A DNA stretch of 64,000 nucleotides, taken from the NCBI GenBank assembly GCA_030832185.1, contig JAURJQ010000030.1, positions 53,725-117,724 of the forward strand, in the 5' to 3' direction. The stretch comes from Chitinophagales bacterium (GTDB taxonomy: Bacteria; Bacteroidota; Bacteroidia; Chitinophagales; JADJOU01). Positions 9,066 through 19,400 of this stretch are shown one piece after another. A model generated the notes under the pieces. The model was given only the letters and a program-made list of their open reading frames with translations, did no database searches and was not told the DNA's origin. The position numbers and the translations under genes are program-made. The stretch's first letter is position 1. Every line of letters begins with the position of its first letter.

Positions 9066-10013
9066 ATGATATTATTAGATGTAACTTATGGCAATCCTTG
9101 GGCATGGTTTTTATTGATCATACCGATTATTATGTTTATTTATAATTGCCTAATGAAAGGCAAGACAAGGGTTCAATTGCACGTATCTTCTTTTTTTGAT
9201 TTTAAGTCTAAATCATGGAAAGTCATTTTGCAAAAATTAATGCCCTACATCAGCATGCTAATAGCAGTACTCATAGTTATAGGTATAGCTCGTCCCCAAG
9301 GGAGCTTTACCAAGGAAAAAGCGTATACCAAAGGAATCGATATCGTCATGGCTATAGATGTATCTACCAGTATGCTCGAAAAAGATTTTAGTCCGAATCG
9401 ATTGGAGGCGGCGAAGTCTGTAGCAGCGGAGTTTGTATCCAAGCGTCCGAATGACAGAATAGGCGTGGTGGTTTTCGCAGGAGAGAGTTTCACCCAGTGC
9501 CCACCTACTATAGACCATAATGTAGTCCAGAAGCAAATCAGTGCCATACAAGATGGCCTTATGGAAGATGGCACCGCTATCGGCATGGGACTGGCTACTT
9601 CCGTCCGTGTATTGAAAAATAGCAATGCGAAAAGTAAGGTCTGCATTCTTCTGACGGATGGAGTCAATACTGCGGGTAAGATAGATCCAATGACAGCGGT
9701 AGAGATAGCAAGAAATTTCAATGTCAAAGTCTATACCATAGGTGTCGGTACTCCTCGAGGCAATATTCTAGGCATAGATGAAACTCTTATGAGTGCCATA
9801 TCTAAAAGCACAGGGGGTATTTATTTTAGAGCAGGCTCTACGGCTAGATTGAAGGAAATCTATGACCAAATCAATCGTTTAGAAACGATAGAAATAGAAA
9901 AAAATGCGATGCATAAAAAGACGGAGTTATACCTCCCGTGGCTTCTTTCAGCGTTTATTTTAATGATTTTTCAGTTTGTCTTAAAGCATACTATTCTCAA
10001 AGGAATTGTTTGA
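9066..10013 (+). CDS. batA: VWA-domain aerotolerance protein BatA
   Basis: N- and C-terminal TM helices flank a von Willebrand A domain with MIDAS DVSTSM...TAIG...LLTDG. Confidence 0.8.
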   Translation: MILLDVTYGNPWAWFLLIIPIIMFIYNCLMKGKTRVQLHVSSFFDFKSKSWKVILQKLMPYISMLIAVLIVIGIARPQGSFTKEKAYTKGIDIVMAIDVSTSMLEKDFSPNRLEAAKSVAAEFVSKRPNDRIGVVVFAGESFTQCPPTIDHNVVQKQISAIQDGLMEDGTAIGMGLATSVRVLKNSNAKSKVCILLTDGVNTAGKIDPMTAVEIARNFNVKVYTIGVGTPRGNILGIDETLMSAISKSTGGIYFRAGSTARLKEIYDQINRLETIEIEKNAMHKKTELYLPWLLSAFILMIFQFVLKHTILKGIV

Positions 10014-10615
10014 TGAAGCTACATAGGATGTTCTTAGCTAAAGGGTTGTTTATTATCCTTTTTAGCACTATCTTATCATGCAGTTATATCATACCCTCTA
10101 AAAAATCGCAACTAGGCTATCAATCAAGTGATTACTGGGAAGTAGATAGCATAAAACTAGAGAAATTCAATCCAGATCATTTGAAAGCTTTGGTGCGGAG
10201 TAAACATAAAAAAGACCTTATCGTTTTTCAGCATTACAATTCATGCGGATATACCATTTCCTTGAATGAAAAATTGGCTGAACAATCCAAAGGCTTGAAT
10301 AATCTTATTCTAGTGCCAGTTGTTCATGATTATCTGTATAATTTTCAGAAGTCGATTCAGCATCCATATGGTCGGGCTCAAACCTTATATTACACAGATA
10401 AAAAGTTATATGGCAAAACATTGAATCCTATAAATTCTTGGTACAAAGATGTGCTACCTCAATTCTATACTAAACAGAATATAGATTCGAACGATGGCAA
10501 TTTCTATTTTAGCGATTCTCTATCAGGGTGTAGAATCTTTTTTTATCATAGAAAAGTGGACTCTTTGAAATACTTATTTGATAGCGCTAAACAGATATCT
10601 TACCGGCTAGATTAA
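10013..10615 (+). CDS. Hypothetical lipoprotein
   Basis: The ATG at 10013 overlaps the batA TGA (TGATG) and gives lipobox FSTILSCSY. The longer track ORF (9938) would overlap batA by 76 nt. Confidence 0.5.
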   Translation: MKLHRMFLAKGLFIILFSTILSCSYIIPSKKSQLGYQSSDYWEVDSIKLEKFNPDHLKALVRSKHKKDLIVFQHYNSCGYTISLNEKLAEQSKGLNNLILVPVVHDYLYNFQKSIQHPYGRAQTLYYTDKKLYGKTLNPINSWYKDVLPQFYTKQNIDSNDGNFYFSDSLSGCRIFFYHRKVDSLKYLFDSAKQISYRLD

Positions 10616-10731
10616 ACGTTAATTGTATGAAAATCATATAGTAAGTGTCTGGTTTCGGGAAAAGAGAATAGAATCTATCCCCATGCCGCCAATAATTGTC
10701 TAATTTCCAATACTTTTTAATTTAAATTCCT

Positions 10732-10739
10732 TACCTTTG
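10732..10739 (+). promoter_or_regulatory. Candidate -7 box (TAnnTTTG) for rpsP
   Basis: TACCTTTG lies 49 nt upstream of the rpsP ATG. Confidence 0.35.
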
Positions 10740-10788
10740 CACTCCTAAATTTATTTATTAACTAACTTTTAATTAATTTTCAAGTTAA

Positions 10789-11370
10789 ATGGCAACAAAA
10801 ATTAGATTACAAAGACACGGTAGAAGCAAGAGACCGTATTACTACATCGTAGTAGCAGACAGCAGAGCACGAAGAGACGGAAGATTCATCGATAGAATCG
10901 GTGATTACAACCCACTGACAGTTCCTGCCACAATTAACATTGACTTTGACAAAGCGTTTGAATGGGTAATGAAAGGTGCAGAACCTTCCGATACCTGTGC
11001 TAGAATCCTTTCTTATAAAGGGGTTCTTTACAAAAAACACTTGGCTAGAGGTGTGCGAAAAGGAGCAATGACTGAAGTTGAAATGGAAGCTAAAATGCAA
11101 GAGTGGATAGCTGCTAAAGAAAAAACAGTAGAAGCTCACATCGAGACTATAGCGCAATCTAGAGCTGCTAAGAAAGCAGCTAATTTAGCAGAAGAAACTA
11201 AGAAGAAAGAAGACTATGCTAAAAAACTAGAGGAAGCAGCTAAGCCAGCAGAAGAAGTAGCAGAAGCAACTGATGAAGCTACAGATGCTCCAGAAGCGGA
11301 AGCAGCGGTAGAGACTCCAGCAGAAGACGCTGCGACTCCTGAAGTAACAGCAGAAACTCCAGCTGAATAA
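10789..11370 (+). CDS. rpsP: 30S ribosomal protein S16 with ~100-aa Ala/Glu/Pro-rich C-terminal tail
   Basis: N-terminus MATKIRLQRHGRSKRPYYYIVVADSRARRDGRFIDRIGDYNP is canonical S16. The tail is low-complexity (AEEVAEATDEATDAPEAEAAVETPAEDAATPE). Confidence 0.9.
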   Translation: MATKIRLQRHGRSKRPYYYIVVADSRARRDGRFIDRIGDYNPLTVPATINIDFDKAFEWVMKGAEPSDTCARILSYKGVLYKKHLARGVRKGAMTEVEMEAKMQEWIAAKEKTVEAHIETIAQSRAAKKAANLAEETKKKEDYAKKLEEAAKPAEEVAEATDEATDAPEAEAAVETPAEDAATPEVTAETPAE

Positions 11371-11405
11371 TCTAAGCAAAACTTTAACGGAATAGCAAGG
11401 ACACT

Positions 11406-12359
11406 ATGCAGGAAACTGAAGTAAAATTGATAAGTGGTCGCGGCTCTAGAACTCTTTCGGAGTCTATAGCTAAGATTATGAACATCCCTCTTTGTGATGT
11501 GACTGTCAATCAATTTAGCGATGGCGAATTCCAACCAGTGATCAATGATTCTATCAGAGGAAATCACGTATTTATTATACAATCTACCTTTCAGCCGTCA
11601 GATAATTTGATGGAGCTATTGATGCTCGCAGATGCTTGTAAAAGAGCTTCTGCCAAGTATGTGACAGTGGTGATGCCATATTATGGCTATGCCAGACAGG
11701 ATAGAAAAGATAGACCGAGAGTTAGTATTGCATCTAAGCTTGTAGCTGATTTAGTCACCGTAGCCGGAGCTAGCAGAGTCATGACTATGGATGTACATGC
11801 AGATCAGATTCAAGGTTTTTTCAATATTCCTTTAGATCACCTCTTTGGATCATCTATATTTATTCCCTATCTGAGTAGTCTAAACCTAGACAATCTCTGT
11901 ATAGCAGCACCAGACGTAGGAAGCACGAAACGAGCTCGATATTATGCGCAGCAGTTTAACTGTGAAATGGTCATCTGCGATAAGTATAGAAAGAAGCACA
12001 ACGAAGTAGCGGAGATGACCCTTATAGGAGATGTCAAAGGCAAAAACGTCATTCTAGTAGATGATATTATCGATACAGGGAATACCCTGTGCAAGGCTGC
12101 TGATTTACTCATGGAGCATGGAGCCATTAGCGTTCGCGCTATGTGTACCCACCCAGTATTGAGCGGTAAGGCTTATGAGAATGTGGAGAATTCTTCTTTA
12201 GTAGAGTTAGCCGTTTCAGATACCATTCCACTAAAAAGAGAACACAGTAAAATCAAAGTAATCACTGTAGCAGATTTATTCGCCAGTGCTATAGAAAGTA
12301 CGTTTCAGTACAAATCAATTCACTCTTTATTTATTAAAAACACATTAAAATCATCATAA
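11406..12359 (+). CDS. prs: Ribose-phosphate pyrophosphokinase
   Basis: 317 aa with YYGYARQDRK and the PRPP-binding loop VILVDDIIDTGNT. Confidence 0.95.
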   Translation: MQETEVKLISGRGSRTLSESIAKIMNIPLCDVTVNQFSDGEFQPVINDSIRGNHVFIIQSTFQPSDNLMELLMLADACKRASAKYVTVVMPYYGYARQDRKDRPRVSIASKLVADLVTVAGASRVMTMDVHADQIQGFFNIPLDHLFGSSIFIPYLSSLNLDNLCIAAPDVGSTKRARYYAQQFNCEMVICDKYRKKHNEVAEMTLIGDVKGKNVILVDDIIDTGNTLCKAADLLMEHGAISVRAMCTHPVLSGKAYENVENSSLVELAVSDTIPLKREHSKIKVITVADLFASAIESTFQYKSIHSLFIKNTLKSS

Positions 12360-12947
12360 ATGGAAATCGTAAAATTAGAGGCTCAAAAAAGAGAGCAAAT
12401 CGGGAAAAAAGCCACCAAAGCAGTGCGCAATGGCAATTTAGTACCATGTAATCTATACGGCGGTGGTGAGAATATCTCCTTTACTGTAGAATATAACCCT
12501 TTGAAAAAAGGAATTTATACAGATAAATTTAAGGTATTTGAAATCAGTATAGATGGCCAAGTAAAAAAGGCTATTGTAAAAGAAATTCAGTTTCACTCTG
12601 TCAATGACAGTATGATGCACATCGATTTTCAAGAGCTCACAGCAGGAAAGAAAGTGAAAACAGAGATTCCTATCATAGCGAAAGGATTCTCTAAGGGTCA
12701 GCAAGCGGGTGGTAAATTGGAAATCAAGCTGAGAAAAATCAAGATCAAAGCAGATGCGGATAATATCCCAACATTTGTAGAGGTCGATGTGACGCCACTA
12801 GAACTAGGAAAGTCGCTGAGAGTAAGAGATATCATCACAGATGGTTGGGAAATCTTAAATGCCCCAGCTATTCCTATTATATCTATTTCTATCCCTAGAG
12901 CATTGAGAAGTGCTCAAACGGCGGCTGCTGCTGCAGGCGGGAAGTAA
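12360..12947 (+). CDS. rplY: 50S ribosomal protein L25 / general stress protein Ctc
   Basis: 195 aa. The N-terminus (REQIGKKATKAVRNGNLVPCNLYGGGE) and two-domain length fit Ctc-type L25. It starts 1 nt after the prs stop. Confidence 0.85.
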   Translation: MEIVKLEAQKREQIGKKATKAVRNGNLVPCNLYGGGENISFTVEYNPLKKGIYTDKFKVFEISIDGQVKKAIVKEIQFHSVNDSMMHIDFQELTAGKKVKTEIPIIAKGFSKGQQAGGKLEIKLRKIKIKADADNIPTFVEVDVTPLELGKSLRVRDIITDGWEILNAPAIPIISISIPRALRSAQTAAAAAGGK

Positions 12948-12975
12948 TATTTATTTTATGTACTACTACGAAAAA

Positions 12976-13000
12976 AGCTACCCTCGGGTAGCTTTTTTTT
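12976..13000 (+). terminator. Rho-independent terminator after rplY
   Basis: AGCTACC-CTCG-GGTAGCT stem-loop followed by T8, and preceded by A6 (so potentially bidirectional). Confidence 0.7.
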
Positions 13001-13017
13001 ATGAATATATGGAATAT

Positions 13018-13025
13018 TATATTTG
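13018..13025 (+). promoter_or_regulatory. Candidate -7 box (TAnnTTTG) with no downstream ORF
   Basis: TATATTTG lies just after the rplY terminator. The next 180 nt contain no ORF and end in a second terminator. Confidence 0.4.
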
Positions 13026-13029
13026 CTTT

Positions 13030-13205
13030 GAAGGTTCGGATATATAGGAGTACTGCGTTCGCCCATCCAATAAGAGTTCGTAAAAATTACGATTGAGGCG
13101 CGTAGAAAATTCGGGTCGAGGCACGAGACGATTAGAATTTTCAGCGACGATAGAGATAATTTTAGAATTCGTTTGGTAGTCCCGTACGTACGGGAGACTT
13201 TTTTT
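13030..13205 (+). ncRNA. Candidate ~175-nt small RNA (family unknown)
   Basis: It is bounded by the -7 box at 13018-13025 and a strong terminator (TCCCGTACGTACGGGA palindrome 13180-13195 plus T7 at 13199-13205). It has nested helices GAAAATTC (13105-13112)/GAATTTTC (13135-13142) and AAAATTA (13083-13089)/TAATTTT (13157-13163). There is no coding potential. Confidence 0.35.
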
Positions 13206-13206
13206 G

Positions 13207-13236
13207 TTACTTTTTTGTGTTAAGACAAAAAAGTAA
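13207..13236. repeat. Perfect 12-bp inverted repeat
   Basis: TTACTTTTTTGT (13207-13218), loop GTTAAG, ACAAAAAAGTAA (13225-13236). It lies immediately after the sRNA-candidate terminator. Confidence 0.6.
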
Positions 13237-13384
13237 GAAGATGAAAAAAAGACTTGGCTTAGTATTGCGAATAATCAAGTAGATTTATTTTTTTTAGTTT
13301 GTCTGCTATTCAAAAAAAATAAATTTAGGGAATGACGACTCAACTAGGAATACCTTTAACTAAAATCTTTTATGAGTCCGTCCT

Positions 13385-14938
13385 CTACCAGCTTATCGGC
13401 TTATAATCCTTTAAAAACCTCCCACACCAATGTTTCCCAGTATTGATGCCATCAAAAAGGGGATCGAGGACTCTCGCTGCACCATCTACGATGTCAAGGG
13501 GTGGATGAAAATCCATTTTTTCTTGTTTCATTTTAGCTAGCTCGGCAGGATCTTCGTCTGTGACCCAGCCTGTATCCACCGCATTCATGAAAATACCGTC
13601 TTTGGCTAGCGTGCCTGCGGCAGTATGGGTCAGCATATTGAGCGCCGCTTTGGCCATATTCGTATGCGGGTGCCTATCTTCTTTGAAATTGGTGTAAAAT
13701 TTACCCTCCATAGCCGTCACATTCACGATATGTTTTTTACCGGTGTGGTCTGTTTTCATCAGCTCTGATAGTCTATTGCAGAGCACAAAAGGCGCTACCG
13801 AATTCACCAGTTGGACTTCGATCATCTCGGTGGTTTCTATCTGTCCTAGTTTGAGACGCCAGCTATTCACCTTTCGGAGGTCTACCTGTTGTAGATCTGC
13901 ATCGAGTTCTCCTTCGGGAAATACCTCTTTCTCCACCAGCGTTTTATCAAAACTATAGGGTATCTGGGATAGCTGTGCCGATGCCCGAATGCCAATGCCC
14001 TGTTCCGCACCGTGCCAGGTCACTGGTAGATTTTCAGTGGAGGAAGTTTTATGATTGAGGGCAGATAAATTTCGGATACAAGCATCGTGGTCTCCTAATA
14101 AATTCTGAACCGCGGTGGGGAGACTTTGAATCGGTTGAGTTTCATTCGCCATGAGATGACTGTAGAAGCCAGACGGTCTGCGAACGGTCTGCGCAGCATT
14201 ATTGATGAGGATATCCAGTCGCTGATACTTCTGCTCGATATAGTTGCAGAAAATCTCTACACTCGGTATATGTCTAAGATCCAATCCATGTATTTTTAGC
14301 CGATGTCCCCAGTCAGCGAAATCCTCTTCCTTCGAAAATCGAAGGGCAGAATCTATGGGAAAACGAGTGGTAGCTATAACGGTGGCACCGCCCCTCAAAA
14401 GGAGCAGACAGATATGATAGCCTATTTTCAGGCGAGAGCCCGTTACCACGGCTATCTGACCCGACACATCTGCCAGCTGAAATCGCTTCGCATAGTTAAA
14501 ATCACCACAGTCAGGGCACATAGTGTCATAGAAGTGATGCATGGTCGTATATTCAGACTTGCAGATATAGCAGAGCTGAGGCTTGGTCAGTTCTCGCTGA
14601 CTTTTTTGGGAGAGTTCTTCCGTACCTAAAATTTTCGGCGCTATAAAAATACTAGCTTCCCTAGCTGTGCGAATGCCCGTATCTTTTCGTGCTGTTCTGT
14701 CTCGGGTTTCTTGTTTGCGTTTCAGCAGCGCCTTGGCGTCCTTTTTCTGTTTTTTAAAATCCTCTCTGCTCGGTCGGGAGAGCTTGCCCGCTGCTACGAT
14801 GAGCTCCATGCGCTTATCCGCAGGTATCTGATACATATCTTCCGTATGCGCTAGCAGATGATTCAATAAAGCGATGCATTGCTGAATATCTTCAGGTGAA
14901 ATAAAAGGATGATCTTCAGAATGCGGATTAGGGTTCAT
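13385..14938 (-). CDS. Atypical short-chain dehydrogenase/reductase-fold protein with N-terminal basic region and CxxC...CxxC zinc ribbon
   Basis: Rossmann motif [30 protein letters not shown] is preceded by [30 protein letters not shown] occupies the YxxxK position. Confidence 0.7.
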   Translation of the reverse strand: MNPNPHSEDHPFISPEDIQQCIALLNHLLAHTEDMYQIPADKRMELIVAAGKLSRPSREDFKKQKKDAKALLKRKQETRDRTARKDTGIRTAREASIFIAPKILGTEELSQKSQRELTKPQLCYICKSEYTTMHHFYDTMCPDCGDFNYAKRFQLADVSGQIAVVTGSRLKIGYHICLLLLRGGATVIATTRFPIDSALRFSKEEDFADWGHRLKIHGLDLRHIPSVEIFCNYIEQKYQRLDILINNAAQTVRRPSGFYSHLMANETQPIQSLPTAVQNLLGDHDACIRNLSALNHKTSSTENLPVTWHGAEQGIGIRASAQLSQIPYSFDKTLVEKEVFPEGELDADLQQVDLRKVNSWRLKLGQIETTEMIEVQLVNSVAPFVLCNRLSELMKTDHTGKKHIVNVTAMEGKFYTNFKEDRHPHTNMAKAALNMLTHTAAGTLAKDGIFMNAVDTGWVTDEDPAELAKMKQEKMDFHPPLDIVDGAARVLDPLFDGINTGKHWCGRFLKDYKPISW

Positions 14939-15014
14939 GGGGGTGTAAAACTAAGTATTTTATGTACAGAAATAGATTAATAAAATTGATACCTTCATAT
15001 CGAATTCTAAATGT

Positions 15015-15022
15015 CAAATGTA
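15015..15022 (-). promoter_or_regulatory. Candidate -7 box for the SDR gene
   Basis: Plus-strand CAAATGTA is TACATTTG on the minus strand, ~77 nt upstream of the ATG at 14938. Confidence 0.3.
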
Positions 15023-15161
15023 ATTTTTTCATTAATAATAAATAATTAAAAAATACTATGTTAAATATATCAACTTGAGAAATCAATAATATCAAATAGA
15101 TAATTTTGGTATCATTTGATACTATCACAACTAATAAAAAATTAAATAAAAATTATTTCCC

Positions 15162-16466
15162 CTACTTCACCTTCAGCCCATACTTCTCCATAAATTTATG
15201 GTAGAGATCGGTTTGTTTATTGCCTAGGTTGATAGAGCGTCCTTCGATAAAGGCTCGGGTGATTTGGGAGGTTCGCATATCGAGTACATCGCCGGTGGAG
15301 AGTATGAAGCTGGCATCTTTTCCTAGTTCTATCGTTCCTATGCGGTGGTCTAGTCCTAATATTTTGGCGGGGTGGAGGGTGATAGACATAAGGGCTTGCT
15401 CCTTGGTCAGTCCATAGGGTACGGCCTGTCCGGCTTGAAAGGCGAGATTGCGCACCTGCCAGAATCCTTCATTGCTTATGGCATAGAGTACGCCTGCCTT
15501 CTGGAGTATAGCGGGCGTTTTATAGGGTTGGTAGATATCTTCGTCGGCATAGTTGGGTAGCTCATGGGTGCGGCCCAGTATGACGGATATTTTTTTCTGT
15601 GCCAGTATGTCGGCTATCATATAAGCATCTGCGGCACCTATGAGGGTGATTTGAAGTCCCATCTGCTCCGCAAAATCGATGGCATGGAGGATTTCTTTGA
15701 TATGCTGCACATTTATGTAGAGCTTGCGCTTGCCTTTGACTACTTCTTGTAGACTTTCGAATCGCAGATTCTTTTTCTCGACGGAGCTCCCAGAATAGCT
15801 CTTAGCTTCTAGAAAATAATCGATGATATCTTGTCTTTGTTGGTCGTATTCTTTATTGGGTTCATAGCCTTTGGCATCGGCCCACCATCCCATTTTTCTT
15901 TGGAGGCTCGGCCAGTTGAGCACTACGCCTTCTTCGGTTAGTATGGCGGCATCTTCCCAGTTCCAGGCATCGAGCTGCACTATAGATGTCGTGCCGGATA
16001 CCAGCCCACCACCGGGTACTATCTGGGCATAGAGCACGCCATTGCTGCGCACGGTTGGGGTTACTCTCGAATCGGTGTTATATGATACTATCGTGCGTAC
16101 ATTGGCATTTTGGCTGCCTTGTTCTGCACCATCATTTGTAGCGCGCACGGCTTCTATTTCGGATAGCCCTAGGTAGGTATTGAGTCCTATAAGGGCTGGG
16201 TAGATGTGCTGACCACTCGCGTCTATGAGTTTACAGTTGAGGGATTTTATATCGAGCGCATTCGCAGGGGAGACTTGTGTAAATTTCCCATTCTCCAATA
16301 CCAAAACACCGTTTTCTATTACCTGACCATTGCCTATGTGGATGGTAGCTCCGTGAACGCAGATTTTTTCAGATTGCTTCGGGGCGGGAGTAGGAATATC
16401 TTGTGCTATAAAAAAGCAGGGACTAAGTATAGACGCTAGAATAAATATAGATGGAATAAATTTCAT
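15162..16466 (-). CDS. Secreted amidohydrolase-superfamily protein (metal-ligand motif degenerate)
   Basis: The ATG at 16466 gives signal peptide MKFIPSIFILASILSPCFFIAQ and removes the overlap with the upstream gene. The position of the usual DxHxH reads LIGLNTYLG. Confidence 0.75.
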   Translation of the reverse strand: MKFIPSIFILASILSPCFFIAQDIPTPAPKQSEKICVHGATIHIGNGQVIENGVLVLENGKFTQVSPANALDIKSLNCKLIDASGQHIYPALIGLNTYLGLSEIEAVRATNDGAEQGSQNANVRTIVSYNTDSRVTPTVRSNGVLYAQIVPGGGLVSGTTSIVQLDAWNWEDAAILTEEGVVLNWPSLQRKMGWWADAKGYEPNKEYDQQRQDIIDYFLEAKSYSGSSVEKKNLRFESLQEVVKGKRKLYINVQHIKEILHAIDFAEQMGLQITLIGAADAYMIADILAQKKISVILGRTHELPNYADEDIYQPYKTPAILQKAGVLYAISNEGFWQVRNLAFQAGQAVPYGLTKEQALMSITLHPAKILGLDHRIGTIELGKDASFILSTGDVLDMRTSQITRAFIEGRSINLGNKQTDLYHKFMEKYGLKVK

Positions 16467-16495
16467 ATTTCTGGGGGTTTTATTAGGATTGAAAA

Positions 16496-19400
16496 TCAAT
16501 GTAAACATTCATTTTCATTGCCGCAGCTGAAGGAATATTTTTGTTTTTTGGCGGGTTCTTGGGTCTCGCCGCCCGCTTTTTTATCTTCACTCATTTTCTG
16601 AATCAGACGGGCGCGTTCTTTTTGTATGCGCTCTTGGAGTTTGGTATTCGATTCTAGAGAATAGAATAATCTACCATCGATATAGGTTTGTTCTGCGAGG
16701 GCATAGATGGAGAGTGGATGGTCAGACCACAAGACCACATCGGCATCTTTACCTGGTTTGAGGCTACCCATTCTATGGTCTAAATGAACCATTTTGGCTG
16801 GGTTTAGCGTGACCATTTTCCAAGCATCTTCTTCACTCATGTTGGCATATTTTACGCTTTTAGCTGCTTCCTGATTGAGACGGCGCGCCATTTCTGCATC
16901 ATCTGAATTGATAGCCGTGCATACGCCCATCTGCGATAAGATGCCGGCATTATGTGGGATAGCGTCGATCACTTCAAATTTATATGCCCACCAATCGGCA
17001 AAGGTAGAAGCATAGACGCCATGCGTCTTCATCTTGTCCGCTACTTTATATCCCTCTAGTATGTGCGTAAAGGTATTGACCTTAAAATTAAATTTTTCTG
17101 CGACACGCATGAGCATGGTGATCTCGGACTGCACATAAGAATGGCACGTGATAAATCGCTTTTTATTCAATATTTCTGCGAGCGCATCGAGCTCCAAATC
17201 TCTTCGCGTATTCTGTGCATTGGTTTGTATATTTTTTAGATACTCCTGTGCCTTGGTGAAATAATTTATATAGGTCTGCTCCACGCCCATCCTCGTCTGT
17301 GGATAGCGCGTATTAAATTGTGGACCCCAATTTGATTGTTTCACATTTTCTCCAAGTGCAAATTTGATAAACCCATCGGCCTGTTCTATTTTCATCTGTT
17401 CTGCCGTAAAGCCCCATCGCAGTTTGATCAGTGCAGATTGACCACCTATAGCATTGGCAGAGCCGTGCAGCAACTGTGCCGCCGTCACCCCACCAGCGAG
17501 GTGTCGATAAATATTAATATCCGAAGGATTGATGACATCGCCCATGCAAACTTCAGAGCTAATAGTTTTAGAGCCTTCATTGACTCCGCGCAGTGCGATA
17601 TGGCTGTGTTCATCTATGATGCCAGTCGTTATATGTTTGCCCTGAGCATTGAAAATTCTACATTCAGCACAACCTAGATTATTTCCGATCTGCGCTATTT
17701 TTCCATTCTTGATGATCAAATCGGTTAGCGGCATGACCCCTTCGGCTTCATTGGTCCAGAGGGTCGCATTTTTAAATAAAATAGATTCCTGGTTAGGCAA
17801 TTGCTCAAATCCATAGCCATGCATGGGATAGGATAATTTACCTAGTGATTCCAGCTTTATGGTATCTAGTTTACGCTTGCTTGTATCTATATAAAGACTA
17901 TCGCGCTGCGCCATCCATTTGAATTCTGCGCCATTCGGATATTGACCTTTACCAGTCCAGCGGTTTGTTTCAGGATCTATAGTTCCTGAGAAGAAATATT
18001 TTTTATTATCTCCCTTCGGAAATGGAATCATCGAAAATACGATATCCTTTCCTTTGCGATCTAGTTTGACATCTATCTTCGATGTATCGGAAAAAATGAT
18101 AGTGGCTTTAGGACTCGGTTTATCTCCAATTATAACTAACTTAGTAGAGGATAAGGGAGTACTACTGTTGATAGTATTTAGCTTATACGTGCCGCGAATA
18201 TCATAGTCTTCCGATTTCTGAACGGTGAATTTTTTTCCGCCAACCCAGTTTTCAAGAACCTGTGCACGGTCATCAAAAAGATTATAATCGGTGATAATAA
18301 AATTGGCCCATTTCCCTTTTTCTATACTTCCTACTTCATTATATATGTTGAGAAATTGTGCTGGCTGGAAGGTGAGTGCTTTCAATAAAGCCGATTCTGA
18401 GATTCCATATTTCAGTGCTATACGCAAATTTTTTAAGAAGTCATCTCGCTTTTCGAGCAGGTCTGAGGTAATCGCGAATTCGATATTGTTTTTATCTAAA
18501 TAGGCACAGTTCGCCGGAGCATGCTCCCAGTGATTCATCTCCGCTAGATCTATAAATTGATTTTTATAAATATCGCTGACATCATAAGCTTTAGGAAATA
18601 TGAGTGGTACGATGAGTTTGCCATTCGTCTTTTTGATTTCATCCAGTCGCTGATATTCGGTACCATCGGTGCGAAATATAAATTGCTTGCCCATTTCATC
18701 GCCTATCTTATCGGCTCTTAATACATTCTCCCAATGTCCGGCATCGAAAATAGAGATTAAATTTTTAGTTTCGTTCCAGGCTTCTAAGTTGATATTGTAT
18801 TCTTTAGGGGCGGTGGTCTGCGCATACCACTTGGCATCATAATGCGTCTGTCTTAGTAAAGCGATCGAACCCATCATACTATTTGGATATTCCTGGGTAG
18901 AGCTCCCTTTGTCAAGTGAAAAGACATTGGCTATTTGGCTATTTTTCAGGAGAAGATTTTCTTTATCACTGCCTAGCAAAACGAGCGCAGCGGTGCCACG
19001 AGCTATTCCGTCTTTTCGATGGACGACTAGTGTGCCAAAGCCCTGCTTGCGATAGATCTTAGCTGCAGTATCGTCTCGTGTCCATGTTTTATGTGCTTCA
19101 AAATCTGTATGAATAGCCTGATTCCAACCATAGGCACCTTTGATGTTGGATTCATACTGCTTACCTTCATCTCCTGGATTTTTTTTGATCTTTGGCATTC
19201 CATGATCTGAGTATAAGTCGATAAAAGAGGGATAGAGAAATTTGCCTTGCATATTATAAACCGTGGCCCCAGCAGGTATAGACCCTGTGGTATTGACGTC
19301 TATTATTTTTCCATTCTTTATCACCACAGTGGCATTGGAGCGGATGGTTTTATAATCTTGATATAAGGTGACTCTGGTAAATGCATAGAGTCCTTCTCTA

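Noticed and set aside
9245-9727. Two minus-strand ORFs (160 aa and 97 aa) inside batA
   Set aside because: They are fully embedded antisense to a well-supported VWA-domain gene, and they have no recognisable motifs.
11214-11582. 122-aa Ala/Ser-rich minus-strand ORF
   Set aside because: It is antisense to the GCA/GAA-repeat tail of rpsP and to the start of prs, so it is a low-complexity mirror artefact.
15109-15122. Palindrome GTATCA-TT-TGATAC upstream of the SDR gene as an operator
   Set aside because: Only 6-bp arms in ~25 percent GC DNA, located ~170 nt from the start codon. The chance expectation is too high without a second copy or conservation data.
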